Below are positions 40,132-49,305 of a stretch of DNA of 64,000 nt, in pieces. The notes beneath the pieces were generated by a model. That model was not told where the DNA came from, did not search any database, and worked only from the letters and a program-made list of their open reading frames with translations. Origin of the DNA: an uncultured Acidobacteriota bacterium. GTDB taxonomy: Bacteria > Acidobacteriota > Thermoanaerobaculia > UBA5066. A program made the position numbers and the translations under genes. The number at the start of each line of letters is the position of its first letter. The stretch's first letter is position 1. The stretch is taken from positions 192,001-256,000 of the forward strand of contig CAVZYA010000003.1 of assembly GCA_963779415.1 (NCBI GenBank). Reading direction: 5' to 3'.

Positions 40132-40839
40132 TCAGCTTTTCGGGGACCAGCGCTTGGTCCGGCCGAGGACGCCCTTGATCAGCCACGGAAGCACGGCCAG
40201 AAGCGCCAGAACGCCGACGAGCGGAAGGGACCAGAGATCGGCCGGGTTCTCGACCTCCCCGAGATGAGTCCCCGCGTAGACGTAGAGCAGATAGCGGGGC
40301 AGGAGCCCGAGGAGGGAGTAGACGAGGAACGGCACGAAACGGACCGGGCTGATCGCCAGGATCACGTTCGTCACGGAGAACGGAATCACGGGGAGCAGCC
40401 GCAGCGTCAGGATGAAGTAGGAACCCTCCCGCTCCAGCCCCTCCAGCAGGTGGGGAAACCGGCGCCGCATCCTCTCTTCGACGAGATCCCATAGCAGATA
40501 GCGAAACGAGACGAACGCCACCGCGGAGGCCAGCGTGCTTCCCACGGCCACCAGCAGCAGCCCCTCCCGGAAGCCGAACAGAAGCCCGGCGGAGAGATTC
40601 ATGACCGTGCTGCCGGGCAGGCCGAAGAGTCCGAGAACCAGGTAAGCAGCCATCCAGACGCCCGGCGCCATGAGCGGACGGGCGTCCGCCCACTCGATCA
40701 GGGCGTCCTTGTGCGCCACGAGGTTGTCGAAAGTCAGGAGGCGGAGGCCCCCTGCGAGAAGGAACGCCACCCCGCCGGCCACGATCAGCACCAGCATCAG
40801 CAGGCGAAGCGGAGTCAATTCAGGCCATGGCGGCTTCAT
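40132..40839 (-). CDS. TVP38/TMEM64 (DedA/VTT) family membrane protein
   Basis: LPGSTVMNLSAGLLFG, LRLLPVIPFSVTN, YVYAG. Confidence 0.9.
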   Translation of the reverse strand: MKPPWPELTPLRLLMLVLIVAGGVAFLLAGGLRLLTFDNLVAHKDALIEWADARPLMAPGVWMAAYLVLGLFGLPGSTVMNLSAGLLFGFREGLLLVAVGSTLASAVAFVSFRYLLWDLVEERMRRRFPHLLEGLEREGSYFILTLRLLPVIPFSVTNVILAISPVRFVPFLVYSLLGLLPRYLLYVYAGTHLGEVENPADLWSLPLVGVLALLAVLPWLIKGVLGRTKRWSPKS

Positions 40840-40949
40840 GGGAGGGCTCGAGACGCACGTCCTTTTTGAAGGCTGGGCTCAGGTCTTGCACCTGTAGTCT
40901 GTCGAGTCGCCGAAGTCAGGCTTCGGTTCGAAACCATTCAATTCTTTCC

Positions 40950-41333
40950 TCAGGAACCCTTCACCTCCCCGATCGCGCTGATCTCGATGAGCGCGCCGTG
41001 GTGGAGCGGGACGGTGGGGACGACGGCGCGGGCGGGCTTGTGGGGGCCCATCACCTCGGCGTACGCCGCGTTGACGCGCCCCCAGAGGGAGATGTCCGCG
41101 ACGTAGATCGTCACGCTTACGAGGCGATCGAGGCCGCTCCCCGCGGCGACGAGAATCGCCTCGACGTTCCGGAGCGCCCGCTCCGTCTGCTCTTCGATCG
41201 AATGCGGGAGGAAGCCGGGGCGCTCCGGATCCCACGGGAGCTGCCCCGCGACGAAGACGAATCCCCCCGCGACGATCCCCTGCGAGTAGTGGCCGGCCGG
41301 CTTCGGGGCGTCCTTCGTCTCGACGACTTTCAC
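40950..41333 (-). CDS. RidA/YjgF family enamine/imine deaminase
   Basis: APKPAGHYSQG, AGQLP, KPARA, IEISAI. Confidence 0.92.
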   Translation of the reverse strand: MKVVETKDAPKPAGHYSQGIVAGGFVFVAGQLPWDPERPGFLPHSIEEQTERALRNVEAILVAAGSGLDRLVSVTIYVADISLWGRVNAAYAEVMGPHKPARAVVPTVPLHHGALIEISAIGEVKGS

Positions 41334-41351
41334 GGCCTGCCTCCCCCCGGC

Positions 41352-44300
41352 TCACTTCTCGTGGAAGAGCCGATCGGCCGGGACCGGCTCGAGCGGCTTG
41401 CCGGGGGCGTCCATCTTCAGCTCCAGGCCGACCATGTACTCGCTCTGGAACCAGCGGAGCTGGACCGGGTGGAGCCCGGGTTTCAGCGCCAGCTCGGCCC
41501 GGCGGCTGATGAAGTCGATCTGGTCGTTGAGGATCGCCCGCTCGCCGTCCACCTTCAGCTCGCTGGCATCCCGGGAACGAAGCGAGAGCGTGTAGAGCCC
41601 CTCGACGGGGATGGAGAGGAACCCCTCGCAGACGAGACCGAAGTGCCCTTTGGGGCGTTCGGCCGGAATGCCGACCTCCTTCATCGTGATCTTCCCCGTC
41701 GGCTTCAGCGCATCGAACTCCGGGAGCTTTCGCCATTCCCCTTCGTAGACCTTGCAGGAAAGGCCCGGGGCGAGCGATGCGGCCGGGACGGCTACGGACG
41801 CGTGCGGCGTCTCCTTCGTCACCTTCGCGGACGCGACGAACCGGTCGTCGAGCCCCGGCGCGAAGGCTCGCGCCTTCACGGTCGCCGTCCTGTCGAGAAC
41901 GAGAGGCCCACGGTAGACCTCCGACGTCGCGCCCGGCTCCGATCCGTCGAGCGTGTACCGGATCGTCGCCCCCGGTGTCGGGGACGTCAGCGTCATCGTC
42001 GTCCTGTCGATGAAGAGCTTCCCGGAGGCGTCGACGTGGACGAGGGTCGCGGTCGCCGGTTCGGTCAGGCTTCCGGCGAGGACGGCGTCGTCGTTCGGAC
42101 CCTTGACCGCGGTGACGGCCAGGATCCGGATCCGGTCGTCCTTCGGAAGCGTCAGCGTCTTCGCGCCGGGAGGAAGGTCGATCCGGAGGCGGAAGAGATG
42201 GGTGTAGACGTACGCCTCGTTTTCGCCGCGGGCGCCGTGCCGATGCGTCCCGACCCAGGCAACCGGGACGTCCTTCACATAAGCCGGGGCTATCTTCGCG
42301 GGATCTTCCTGCCGTTCGCCGCCGACGATGCGGCTGTTCCATTGGCCGACCGGCTCGGCCCAGTCCGGAACGGTGAGCGTCGTCGAGGTTCCGTCCACCT
42401 CGAAGCGGTCCGGCCGGTCGCCCCCCACGGCCGCGGCGAGAAGGTAGAGGCGGCTCCATTCCCCCTTCGGAAGCAGGATCTTCTGGCCGCGGCAGACCAG
42501 GACGTTCGGCTTCCCGGGCTCCTGCGGGCCGGTCCGGAGCGGGATGCCGCCCGAGACCACGGTTGCCGGAAGAAGCTCTCCCGCAATCGAGTGACCCGCG
42601 CCGTCGAAGTCGCCGTCACGGCGTGCCTCGTCGCGGCTGATGCCGTCGAGGTCGTACGGCAGGTCGACCGGCACGACCACGGGAGGAGCCACGGCGGCCG
42701 GCGCCGGCCCGAGCGTCACCGCCAGGGTCCGCGGCCGGTATGGCGCGAAGGAGAGATTCACGACCCCGTTCTTCAGCGCGAGAGCCGGGCGCGACGGCTC
42801 GGCGATGGCTCCCCCGGTGCCGTTCGGACCGAGCGGCTCCTCGGCGCCGTTCAGCTCACGAAGAGCGAGGACCGGCCTCGCGAACCGGAGCGTCACGCCG
42901 TCGACCTTCCTCCCGGAAAGCTCCTGCAGCCGGACGACGATCTCGTCGCTCTCCTCGGCTCTCTTCAGTGCGCGGACGGCTACGGAAGGCTCGCCGGCGC
43001 CAGCCCCTTCGAGCCGAAGAAGCGAAAACGACTTCCCGAGCGCCCCATCGTGCGACGGCGTCTGGAAGGCGAGGAGTGGCTGGTTCAGCCGGTCTCCTTC
43101 CGCGGCCACGCCGCTCCGGAAGTCGCCCGCGTGCCCGGCGACGGCCATCAGGACGTGGTGATGCCCGAGATCGTTCGACCCCTGCTCGGAGATCCAGCTC
43201 CAGCTCGGGATGACGCGCGGGGTGTGGACGAGCGAGAGGCGGAGCGTCCTCTCGTCGGGCCTGTCCCACCCGTGCCGGCTGTCGTTCAGGACCGCGACGC
43301 CGAACGCGCCGCCCGCGTCGGCGAGGTCCGCCCACTGCTGTGCCGGGACCTCGTAGAGGTTCGGCCGGTCCGTCCCCCGTTCGACGGTGCCGAGGCCGAG
43401 GTCGTACGTGGCGTTCCTGTTCGCCGCCGCGAGCGGGAAGGCGGCCTTGAGGAGCGTCCCCTTCGTCCGCCAGTCGACGTCGGTCGCGATCTCGACTCGG
43501 CTCCCCGCGCCGGCGGCCGCGAGCCGGATCCGCTGCGTGAAGGTCGACCCCGCGGCCCTCCGGACGACCTCGAGAGAGACCCGCGCCGGCCCGCTCTCGA
43601 CGACACGGATCGCGGCAGGGCCGGCGACGACCTCGCGCGGAGGCGCCATCAGGGGGGCGTACTCCACCTCCCACGCCGCCCACTTTCGGGGCTCGTCATC
43701 GAAGAGCTGCAGCCGAAGCGGCGCCGAGAGAAGCTCGCGGTTCAGGCTCTTGTCGAAGATCGAGGCCACGTCCCCCGCGTCGTCCAGTGCGACTCGGTAC
43801 CGCGCGTTCTCGAGTCCCTTCGCGCTCACGGAGAGTTCCCCCGCCGCCGGGGGTTTCCTCGAAGGAAGGATGCGAAAGACCGAAAAGGACAGAGAGGGAA
43901 CGTCGGCGAGGAAGACGATCCTGGCCGCCGAGCCGGTCACCCGCTCGATCTGCGCGGGGACGTCTCGTCCGTCAGGACCAATGACCCGCACGCCGTCCGG
44001 AGCTCCGCCTTCGAAGCGTATTTCCCCCTCGACGACGTCCTCTCTGGCAATCCCGAGCGGATTGAAAACGACGAGGGGAATCCCTTCCCCTCTCGTGTCG
44101 AGGACTCGGGATACGGAGCCGGCGGAGGTCGCGAGGACGTCCCCGAACTGGTTCGCCGCGATCGCCTCGTCGTTCCACGAAAAGACGTAGGCCTCGGGGA
44201 TGCTCGTCCCCGTCAGGTCGTCGTGGAACTGGTGCCAGAGGACGCGCGTCCACGCCTGGCGAAGCTCCTCGCGCGGATAGGGCGCCCCACCGAGCCACGA

Positions 44301-45323
44301 CGCGGCCACGGCCGCCCCTTCCGCCGCCGCGGCGAGACGCTGGTTCAGGCGGTTGTACGTCTTCATCGCCGCCTGCGAGGTGTAGCAGCCGGCGCCGTGC
44401 GACGTGAGGAGGAACTCGCCGCGGTACCGCTGAAGGCCCGCGACCCCCTTCCCGTCCTCGCGCGCCATCAGGTCGCGGGCGAGCCGGTCGGGTCCGTCGG
44501 AGAGGACGCGAAGCGGCCCCGGCCCCTGGAGGCTCTTCTCGAGATTCGCGACCGACGCGTCGTTCGGCGCCATCCCGACGTCGCCCGTCCCGAAGTACCG
44601 GAAGGCCGCCGGGAGCCCCGACATCGCCTTTTGCCGGTCGATCGTCGCGTAGACGTCCGGGTCGAGCGTCAGGTTTCCCTTGATCTCCGAGGCGTAGTCG
44701 CCCGGATTGAGCGCCGCGATCAGCGTCGACCCGTCGACCCCCTCCCAGAGGCCGATGTCGAACGGGATCCGGATCGACGAGCCCCACGTCAGCTTCTGCG
44801 TGGAGAAGGCGACGAGGCCGCTGTGCGCCGCGATCGCCGGGAGCGCGAAACCGAAGCCGAAGCAGTCCGGAAGGTAGACGTCGCGCGAGGTCACCCCAAG
44901 CTCGCGCCGGAAAAAGCCGTTGCCGTAGAGCGCCTGCCGGATGAGGGACTCCGGCGAAGGGAGGTTCGTGTCGACGGCGTCCACCCAGCTCCCGGCCACT
45001 TTCCAGCGCCCCGCGCGGACGTACGTCTTGAGCTTCTCCCACTCCGCCGGGTAGTACTCCTTCATGAGGCCGTACCGGAAAGCCCCCTCGAAGCTGAAGA
45101 CGTAGCCCGGGTACTTCTCGAAGAGGGCGAAATTGTCCCGGAGCGTCGCCGGAAGGAAGTCGTCGATCGTCTCCTGCACGGTCCAGCGCCACTGCGTGTC
45201 GAGGTGGGCGGTCGCGACGACGTAGAGTGACCGGTCGGGGGGAGAGGCCGGCGGCGCGTCCGCGGCCGCGAGGGGCCGAAGCGCGGAGAAGAGAAGCACG
45301 ACGAGCGCGAGACGGGATCGCAT
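41352..45323 (-). CDS. Secreted GH38 alpha-mannosidase with C-terminal FN3-associated and PA14 domains
   Basis: Signal peptide MRSRLALVVLL; AHLDTQWRW, LPDCFG, QFHDDLTG; IRYTLDGSEP; PA14-like YEGEW..LRSRDASEL. True start ATG 45323. Confidence 0.9.
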   Translation of the reverse strand: MRSRLALVVLLFSALRPLAAADAPPASPPDRSLYVVATAHLDTQWRWTVQETIDDFLPATLRDNFALFEKYPGYVFSFEGAFRYGLMKEYYPAEWEKLKTYVRAGRWKVAGSWVDAVDTNLPSPESLIRQALYGNGFFRRELGVTSRDVYLPDCFGFGFALPAIAAHSGLVAFSTQKLTWGSSIRIPFDIGLWEGVDGSTLIAALNPGDYASEIKGNLTLDPDVYATIDRQKAMSGLPAAFRYFGTGDVGMAPNDASVANLEKSLQGPGPLRVLSDGPDRLARDLMAREDGKGVAGLQRYRGEFLLTSHGAGCYTSQAAMKTYNRLNQRLAAAAEGAAVAASWLGGAPYPREELRQAWTRVLWHQFHDDLTGTSIPEAYVFSWNDEAIAANQFGDVLATSAGSVSRVLDTRGEGIPLVVFNPLGIAREDVVEGEIRFEGGAPDGVRVIGPDGRDVPAQIERVTGSAARIVFLADVPSLSFSVFRILPSRKPPAAGELSVSAKGLENARYRVALDDAGDVASIFDKSLNRELLSAPLRLQLFDDEPRKWAAWEVEYAPLMAPPREVVAGPAAIRVVESGPARVSLEVVRRAAGSTFTQRIRLAAAGAGSRVEIATDVDWRTKGTLLKAAFPLAAANRNATYDLGLGTVERGTDRPNLYEVPAQQWADLADAGGAFGVAVLNDSRHGWDRPDERTLRLSLVHTPRVIPSWSWISEQGSNDLGHHHVLMAVAGHAGDFRSGVAAEGDRLNQPLLAFQTPSHDGALGKSFSLLRLEGAGAGEPSVAVRALKRAEESDEIVVRLQELSGRKVDGVTLRFARPVLALRELNGAEEPLGPNGTGGAIAEPSRPALALKNGVVNLSFAPYRPRTLAVTLGPAPAAVAPPVVVPVDLPYDLDGISRDEARRDGDFDGAGHSIAGELLPATVVSGGIPLRTGPQEPGKPNVLVCRGQKILLPKGEWSRLYLLAAAVGGDRPDRFEVDGTSTTLTVPDWAEPVGQWNSRIVGGERQEDPAKIAPAYVKDVPVAWVGTHRHGARGENEAYVYTHLFRLRIDLPPGAKTLTLPKDDRIRILAVTAVKGPNDDAVLAGSLTEPATATLVHVDASGKLFIDRTTMTLTSPTPGATIRYTLDGSEPGATSEVYRGPLVLDRTATVKARAFAPGLDDRFVASAKVTKETPHASVAVPAASLAPGLSCKVYEGEWRKLPEFDALKPTGKITMKEVGIPAERPKGHFGLVCEGFLSIPVEGLYTLSLRSRDASELKVDGERAILNDQIDFISRRAELALKPGLHPVQLRWFQSEYMVGLELKMDAPGKPLEPVPADRLFHEK

Positions 45324-45355
45324 ACAGGGCTCCCTTCGGAAGTTCCTTCGGTTCC

Positions 45356-47872
45356 TCACGGCGCCGCTTCGCGGATCCGGTCGACGACGAATGCCTCGTC
45401 CGTCGCGGCGAGAAGCGACTCCCGAAAGTCGTCGTTCATCAACCTCCGGGAGAGCGAGGCGATGAGGCGCAGGTGCGCGTCGTCCGCAGCGTCTTCGGCC
45501 ACCGCGATCAGGATCGCCATCCGGACCGGCTCTCCGTCCGCAGAGTCCCATTCGAGAGGGGGTTCGCACCCGAGGACGGCGACTGAAGTGACACGGACGT
45601 CCCGCGATCTCGCGTGCGGGATGGCGACACCGAAGCCGACGGCGGTCGAAGCGGTCGACTCGCGCCGCCAGACGGCTTCCTCGAACCGGTCCGGGTCGGC
45701 GACCCGGTTCGCGACGTGGAGAAGGTCGACCATCTCCCGGATCGCCTCTTCGCGGCTCCGGCTTCGCGCCCGGAGCCGGACCGTCCCGGCGGCGACGAGC
45801 GACCGGTCCCTCTTCGACTCGGCGAAGGCCCGGACGAGCGCCTCCACCTCGGCGGCGCTCTCCTTCGAGAGCGCGTCGTCGAGGAGGGCGCGGCACTCGC
45901 CGAAGCCGGAGCGGGCGAGCGCCGCCTTCACCGCCGGGATGCCCGGGGGCGCGAGGCTGATCTCGTCGAGACCGAGGCCCGCGAGAAGCGGCGCGGCCAG
46001 CGGGCCCCGTCCCATCTCGCCGCAGAGGCCGATCCACCGGCCGACGCGATGCGCGTCGTCGACGATCTGCTTCAGGAGCCGGAGAAACGACGGGTGGAGG
46101 GAGCTGTAGAGGCGCGAGACCCTCTCGTTGTCCCGGTCGGCCGCGAAGAAGTACTGCGCGAGGTCGTTCGAGCCGATCGAGAAGAAGTCGGACTCCTTCG
46201 AGAGAGTCCCGAGCGCGAAAGCCGCCGAAGGGATCTCGATCATGATCCCGACCTCGATTCCGGCATCGTGCGCCACGCCTTCCCGGGCGAGGTCGGCCGA
46301 AAGACGCCGGACGAGCGCGCGCACTTCCCGGATCTCCTCGACCGAGGCGACCATCGGGACCATGATCCTCACCCTTCCGAATGCCGACGCTCGGAGAAAC
46401 GCCCGGATCTGGGCGGAGACGACCTCCCGGTGCTCGCCGTACATCCGGACGGCCCGGTAGCCGAGAAACGGGTTCCGCTCCGCGGCGAGGCCGAGGTACG
46501 GGATCGGCTTGTCGCCGCCGGCGTCGAGCGTCCGGAAGATCACCGGCCTTCCCGCCGCCATCCGGACCGCCTCGGAATAGACGTGCGCCTGCTCTTCCTC
46601 CGAGGGCGCCTGCCGCCGATTCATGAACAGGAACTCGGTCCTGAAGAGACCGATCCCCTCGGCACCGCTCGCCAGCGCGGGACGGACCTCCTCGAGAGAG
46701 GCGACGTTGGCGGCCACCTCGAGGAGCCGGCCGTCGGCGGTCCGGCCGGGTGCCGACCGGAACGCTTCGAGGCGGCTCCGGATCCTGCCGAGCTTCTCCA
46801 TCTCGGCCTCGTAGAAACGGCGGACGGCGGGAGGCGGGTTCACGACGACGAGCCCGCGCTCGCCGTCCACGATGGTCTCGCTTCCCGGAGGAACGGCCGC
46901 GCGGACGTCGCCGAGGCCCGTCACGCACGGAATTCCCGCCGCGCGGGCCAGGATGACGGTGTGCGAAGTGCGGCCCCCCGCGCCGAGGGCGATCCCTTTC
47001 AGGTGTCTCCGGTCGAGGGAGAGAAGGCCGGACGGAGCCAGGTTCTCGGCCACGAGGACGGCGTCCTCGAAGAGGGTCAACGGCGCGTCTGCGGAGTCGC
47101 CGGAGAGAACGCGGACGAGCTGTCCCGCGAGGTCACGCAGGTCGAGGGCCCTCTCCTCGAGGGAGTCGCTTCCCGAAGCCCGGAGGATGCCGGCGAAGTG
47201 CCCGACGGTCACGAGGACGCCGCGCGAGGCCGCCACGCCGTTTACGCGAATCTCGTCCTCGATCCGCGACCGGAACTCGGGATCGTCGAGGATCGAGAGA
47301 TGGGCGGCGAGGATCGCCCGCTCCGTCTCGTTCGCGGCACGGGCCGAGCGCGCCTCGAGCGCCCCGGTCGTCCGGGCGAAGGCGCGATCGAGCTTCGCGA
47401 TCTCATCTTCGGCCGAGATGGCCTCCTCCGAAGAGAAGTCGGAGAAGGCCGCGATGCTCTCCCCGAAGACGGCGCGTCCCCGCGCGATCCCGCCGCTGAC
47501 CGCGACGGCGCGAAGGACGCATTCCCCCGCGGACGCGAGGGCGCGAGGGAGCGCCGAGGTGGCCTCGGGGCCGGGCGGAGCAACCGGGAGAGCCTCTCCG
47601 GAGATCGGAAGGTCGTCGCGAACGAAGCGGCCGAGCGCCTCGGCCGCGGCCTCGTCGTCGGGCCCCTCGACCCGGAGGACGCAGGGGTCTCCCTGCCGCG
47701 TCAGGGTTCCGACGAGCGCCAACGTGCTCTTCGCGTTGGCCGTCCGCCCGCTCCGGAGGTTCACGAACGTCGCCGCGGAGAGAAAGCCGGAGGCCGCGGC
47801 GCGAAGGAGGCTGGCCGGCCGCGCATGGAGACCGCCCGGAAGGGAAAAGGCGAACTCGATCTCTAAAGCCAC
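45356..47872 (-). CDS. Multiphosphoryl transfer protein HPr-Enzyme I-EIIA(Fru) fusion (FryA-like)
   Basis: GLHARPA (HPr), SHTVILAR, GLFRTEF, NPFLGYRA, SIGSNDL, CGE (EI), VAIPHA (EIIA). Confidence 0.93.
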   Translation of the reverse strand: MALEIEFAFSLPGGLHARPASLLRAAASGFLSAATFVNLRSGRTANAKSTLALVGTLTRQGDPCVLRVEGPDDEAAAEALGRFVRDDLPISGEALPVAPPGPEATSALPRALASAGECVLRAVAVSGGIARGRAVFGESIAAFSDFSSEEAISAEDEIAKLDRAFARTTGALEARSARAANETERAILAAHLSILDDPEFRSRIEDEIRVNGVAASRGVLVTVGHFAGILRASGSDSLEERALDLRDLAGQLVRVLSGDSADAPLTLFEDAVLVAENLAPSGLLSLDRRHLKGIALGAGGRTSHTVILARAAGIPCVTGLGDVRAAVPPGSETIVDGERGLVVVNPPPAVRRFYEAEMEKLGRIRSRLEAFRSAPGRTADGRLLEVAANVASLEEVRPALASGAEGIGLFRTEFLFMNRRQAPSEEEQAHVYSEAVRMAAGRPVIFRTLDAGGDKPIPYLGLAAERNPFLGYRAVRMYGEHREVVSAQIRAFLRASAFGRVRIMVPMVASVEEIREVRALVRRLSADLAREGVAHDAGIEVGIMIEIPSAAFALGTLSKESDFFSIGSNDLAQYFFAADRDNERVSRLYSSLHPSFLRLLKQIVDDAHRVGRWIGLCGEMGRGPLAAPLLAGLGLDEISLAPPGIPAVKAALARSGFGECRALLDDALSKESAAEVEALVRAFAESKRDRSLVAAGTVRLRARSRSREEAIREMVDLLHVANRVADPDRFEEAVWRRESTASTAVGFGVAIPHARSRDVRVTSVAVLGCEPPLEWDSADGEPVRMAILIAVAEDAADDAHLRLIASLSRRLMNDDFRESLLAATDEAFVVDRIREAAP

Positions 47873-47885
47873 CAGCGTCCTTCCG

Positions 47886-49220
47886 TCAGCCTCCGAGCCC
47901 CTTGAGAATCCCCTCGGGGTTCCGGATCGCCTCCTGTACGGAGACCTCGACGATCCGCTTGCCGTCGAACCGCTCGCCGTTCCGGACCGGGATCCCGGCG
48001 GCGAGAAGGACGACGTCCGCGAGCCTCACGTCTTCATCCGAGAGGGCGTTCTCGATCCCCATCGCCCCCTGCGTCTCGACCCGGATGGAGTGTCCGAGCT
48101 TCTTCGCGGCCTTCTCGAGGCGCTCGGCCGCCATGTAGGTGTGCGCGATCCCGGTGGGACAGGCGGTGACCGCGACGACCCTCATCCCGCCCTCTCGACC
48201 TTCCTCGCCTGCGACATACGCCTTGAGGCCGTTCATCACCAGCGCCACCGTCAGGGAGCCCGCCGCGATGGCGGCCACGTAGGCCCACCGGCCGTCGACG
48301 ACGGGGAGGACGATCGGCCCGCCGTGCGGAGCGTGGTCCCCGACGCCTCCGAGCATCGCGACGACGGCGCCGATCGCCGAGCCGGCCATGATGGTCGGGA
48401 TGACGCGGACGGGGTCGGCCGCCGCGAACGGGATGGCCCCTTCGGTGATCCCCACCATCCCCATCGCGAGGCCGGCGAGTCCGGCTTCCCGCTCCTCGTC
48501 GCTCCAGAGCGTTCGCGCAAGAAGCGTCGCGAGCCCGAGGCCGATCGGCGGGATGCAGATGGCCGCGGCGCAGGCCCCCATCACCGCGTAGTTCCCCTGC
48601 TGGATCATCGCCGCGCCGAAGAAGAAGGCGACCTTGTTCACCGGCCCGCCCATGTCGAAAGCGATCATGGCGCCGAGGACGAGCGCCAGAAGGACGCTCG
48701 AACCGGTGCTCATCACCTTGAGCCACGAGGAGAGGAACGTCATCGCCGACCGGATCGGGCTTCCGAGGACCTCGTACATGAGCAGACCGACCGCGAGCGA
48801 CGAGACGACCGGAATGACGAGGATCGGCATGACGGGACGGAGGACGGCCGGCACCTTCAGCCTTTTCAGTCCCCGGACGAAGAACCCCGCGAGAAAGCCC
48901 GCGACGAGCCCTCCCAGGAAACCCGCCCCAACCTGGTTCGCGATCGCGCCGCCGACGAATCCCGCCACCAGCCCCGGCCGGTCGGCGATGCCGAAGGCGA
49001 TGTAGCCGCCGAGAACCGGAACGAGAAGCGAAAAGGCCGCCGTCCCGACGTCGAGGACGAGCTTCCAGAACGGAGCGTGCGAGAAGTCGGGCCCCGAGGG
49101 GGTCATCGGGACGAAGGCGATGGCCGCCGCGATCAGGATCCCGCCGCACGCCACGAACGGAATCGCGTACGAGACGCCCGAGAGGAGGTACTGCCTTGTC
49201 CTGCCGAGATCTGCCTGCAC
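47886..49220 (-). CDS. PTS fructose/mannose-type EIIC-EIIB fusion
   Basis: LLSGVSYAIP, FDMGGPVNK, ITEGAIPFA (EIIC), then ACPTGIAHTYMAA and ETQG (EIIB); start GTG 49220. Confidence 0.92.
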   Translation of the reverse strand: MQADLGRTRQYLLSGVSYAIPFVACGGILIAAAIAFVPMTPSGPDFSHAPFWKLVLDVGTAAFSLLVPVLGGYIAFGIADRPGLVAGFVGGAIANQVGAGFLGGLVAGFLAGFFVRGLKRLKVPAVLRPVMPILVIPVVSSLAVGLLMYEVLGSPIRSAMTFLSSWLKVMSTGSSVLLALVLGAMIAFDMGGPVNKVAFFFGAAMIQQGNYAVMGACAAAICIPPIGLGLATLLARTLWSDEEREAGLAGLAMGMVGITEGAIPFAAADPVRVIPTIMAGSAIGAVVAMLGGVGDHAPHGGPIVLPVVDGRWAYVAAIAAGSLTVALVMNGLKAYVAGEEGREGGMRVVAVTACPTGIAHTYMAAERLEKAAKKLGHSIRVETQGAMGIENALSDEDVRLADVVLLAAGIPVRNGERFDGKRIVEVSVQEAIRNPEGILKGLGG

Positions 49221-49305
49221 CGGCCCTCCCCGAACGACTCTAGCATCCGGGGGTTGAGGCATTCGCCGGGGTGACGGCGACCTCTTTCGGGGCTAGATTC
49301 CGACC

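Noticed and set aside
40827-45230. 1467-aa plus-strand ORF and other long antisense or alternate-frame ORFs (e.g. 1882-4425, 17569-20292, 22508-24517, 55246-57801)
   Set aside because: They are shadows of well-supported genes. Stops are rare in high-GC DNA and the translations are Arg/Pro/Gly-rich without motifs.
41352-46928. 1858-aa ORF suggesting a giant mannosidase
   Set aside because: The first ~530 aa are an off-frame reading of the PTS gene; the real start is 45323.
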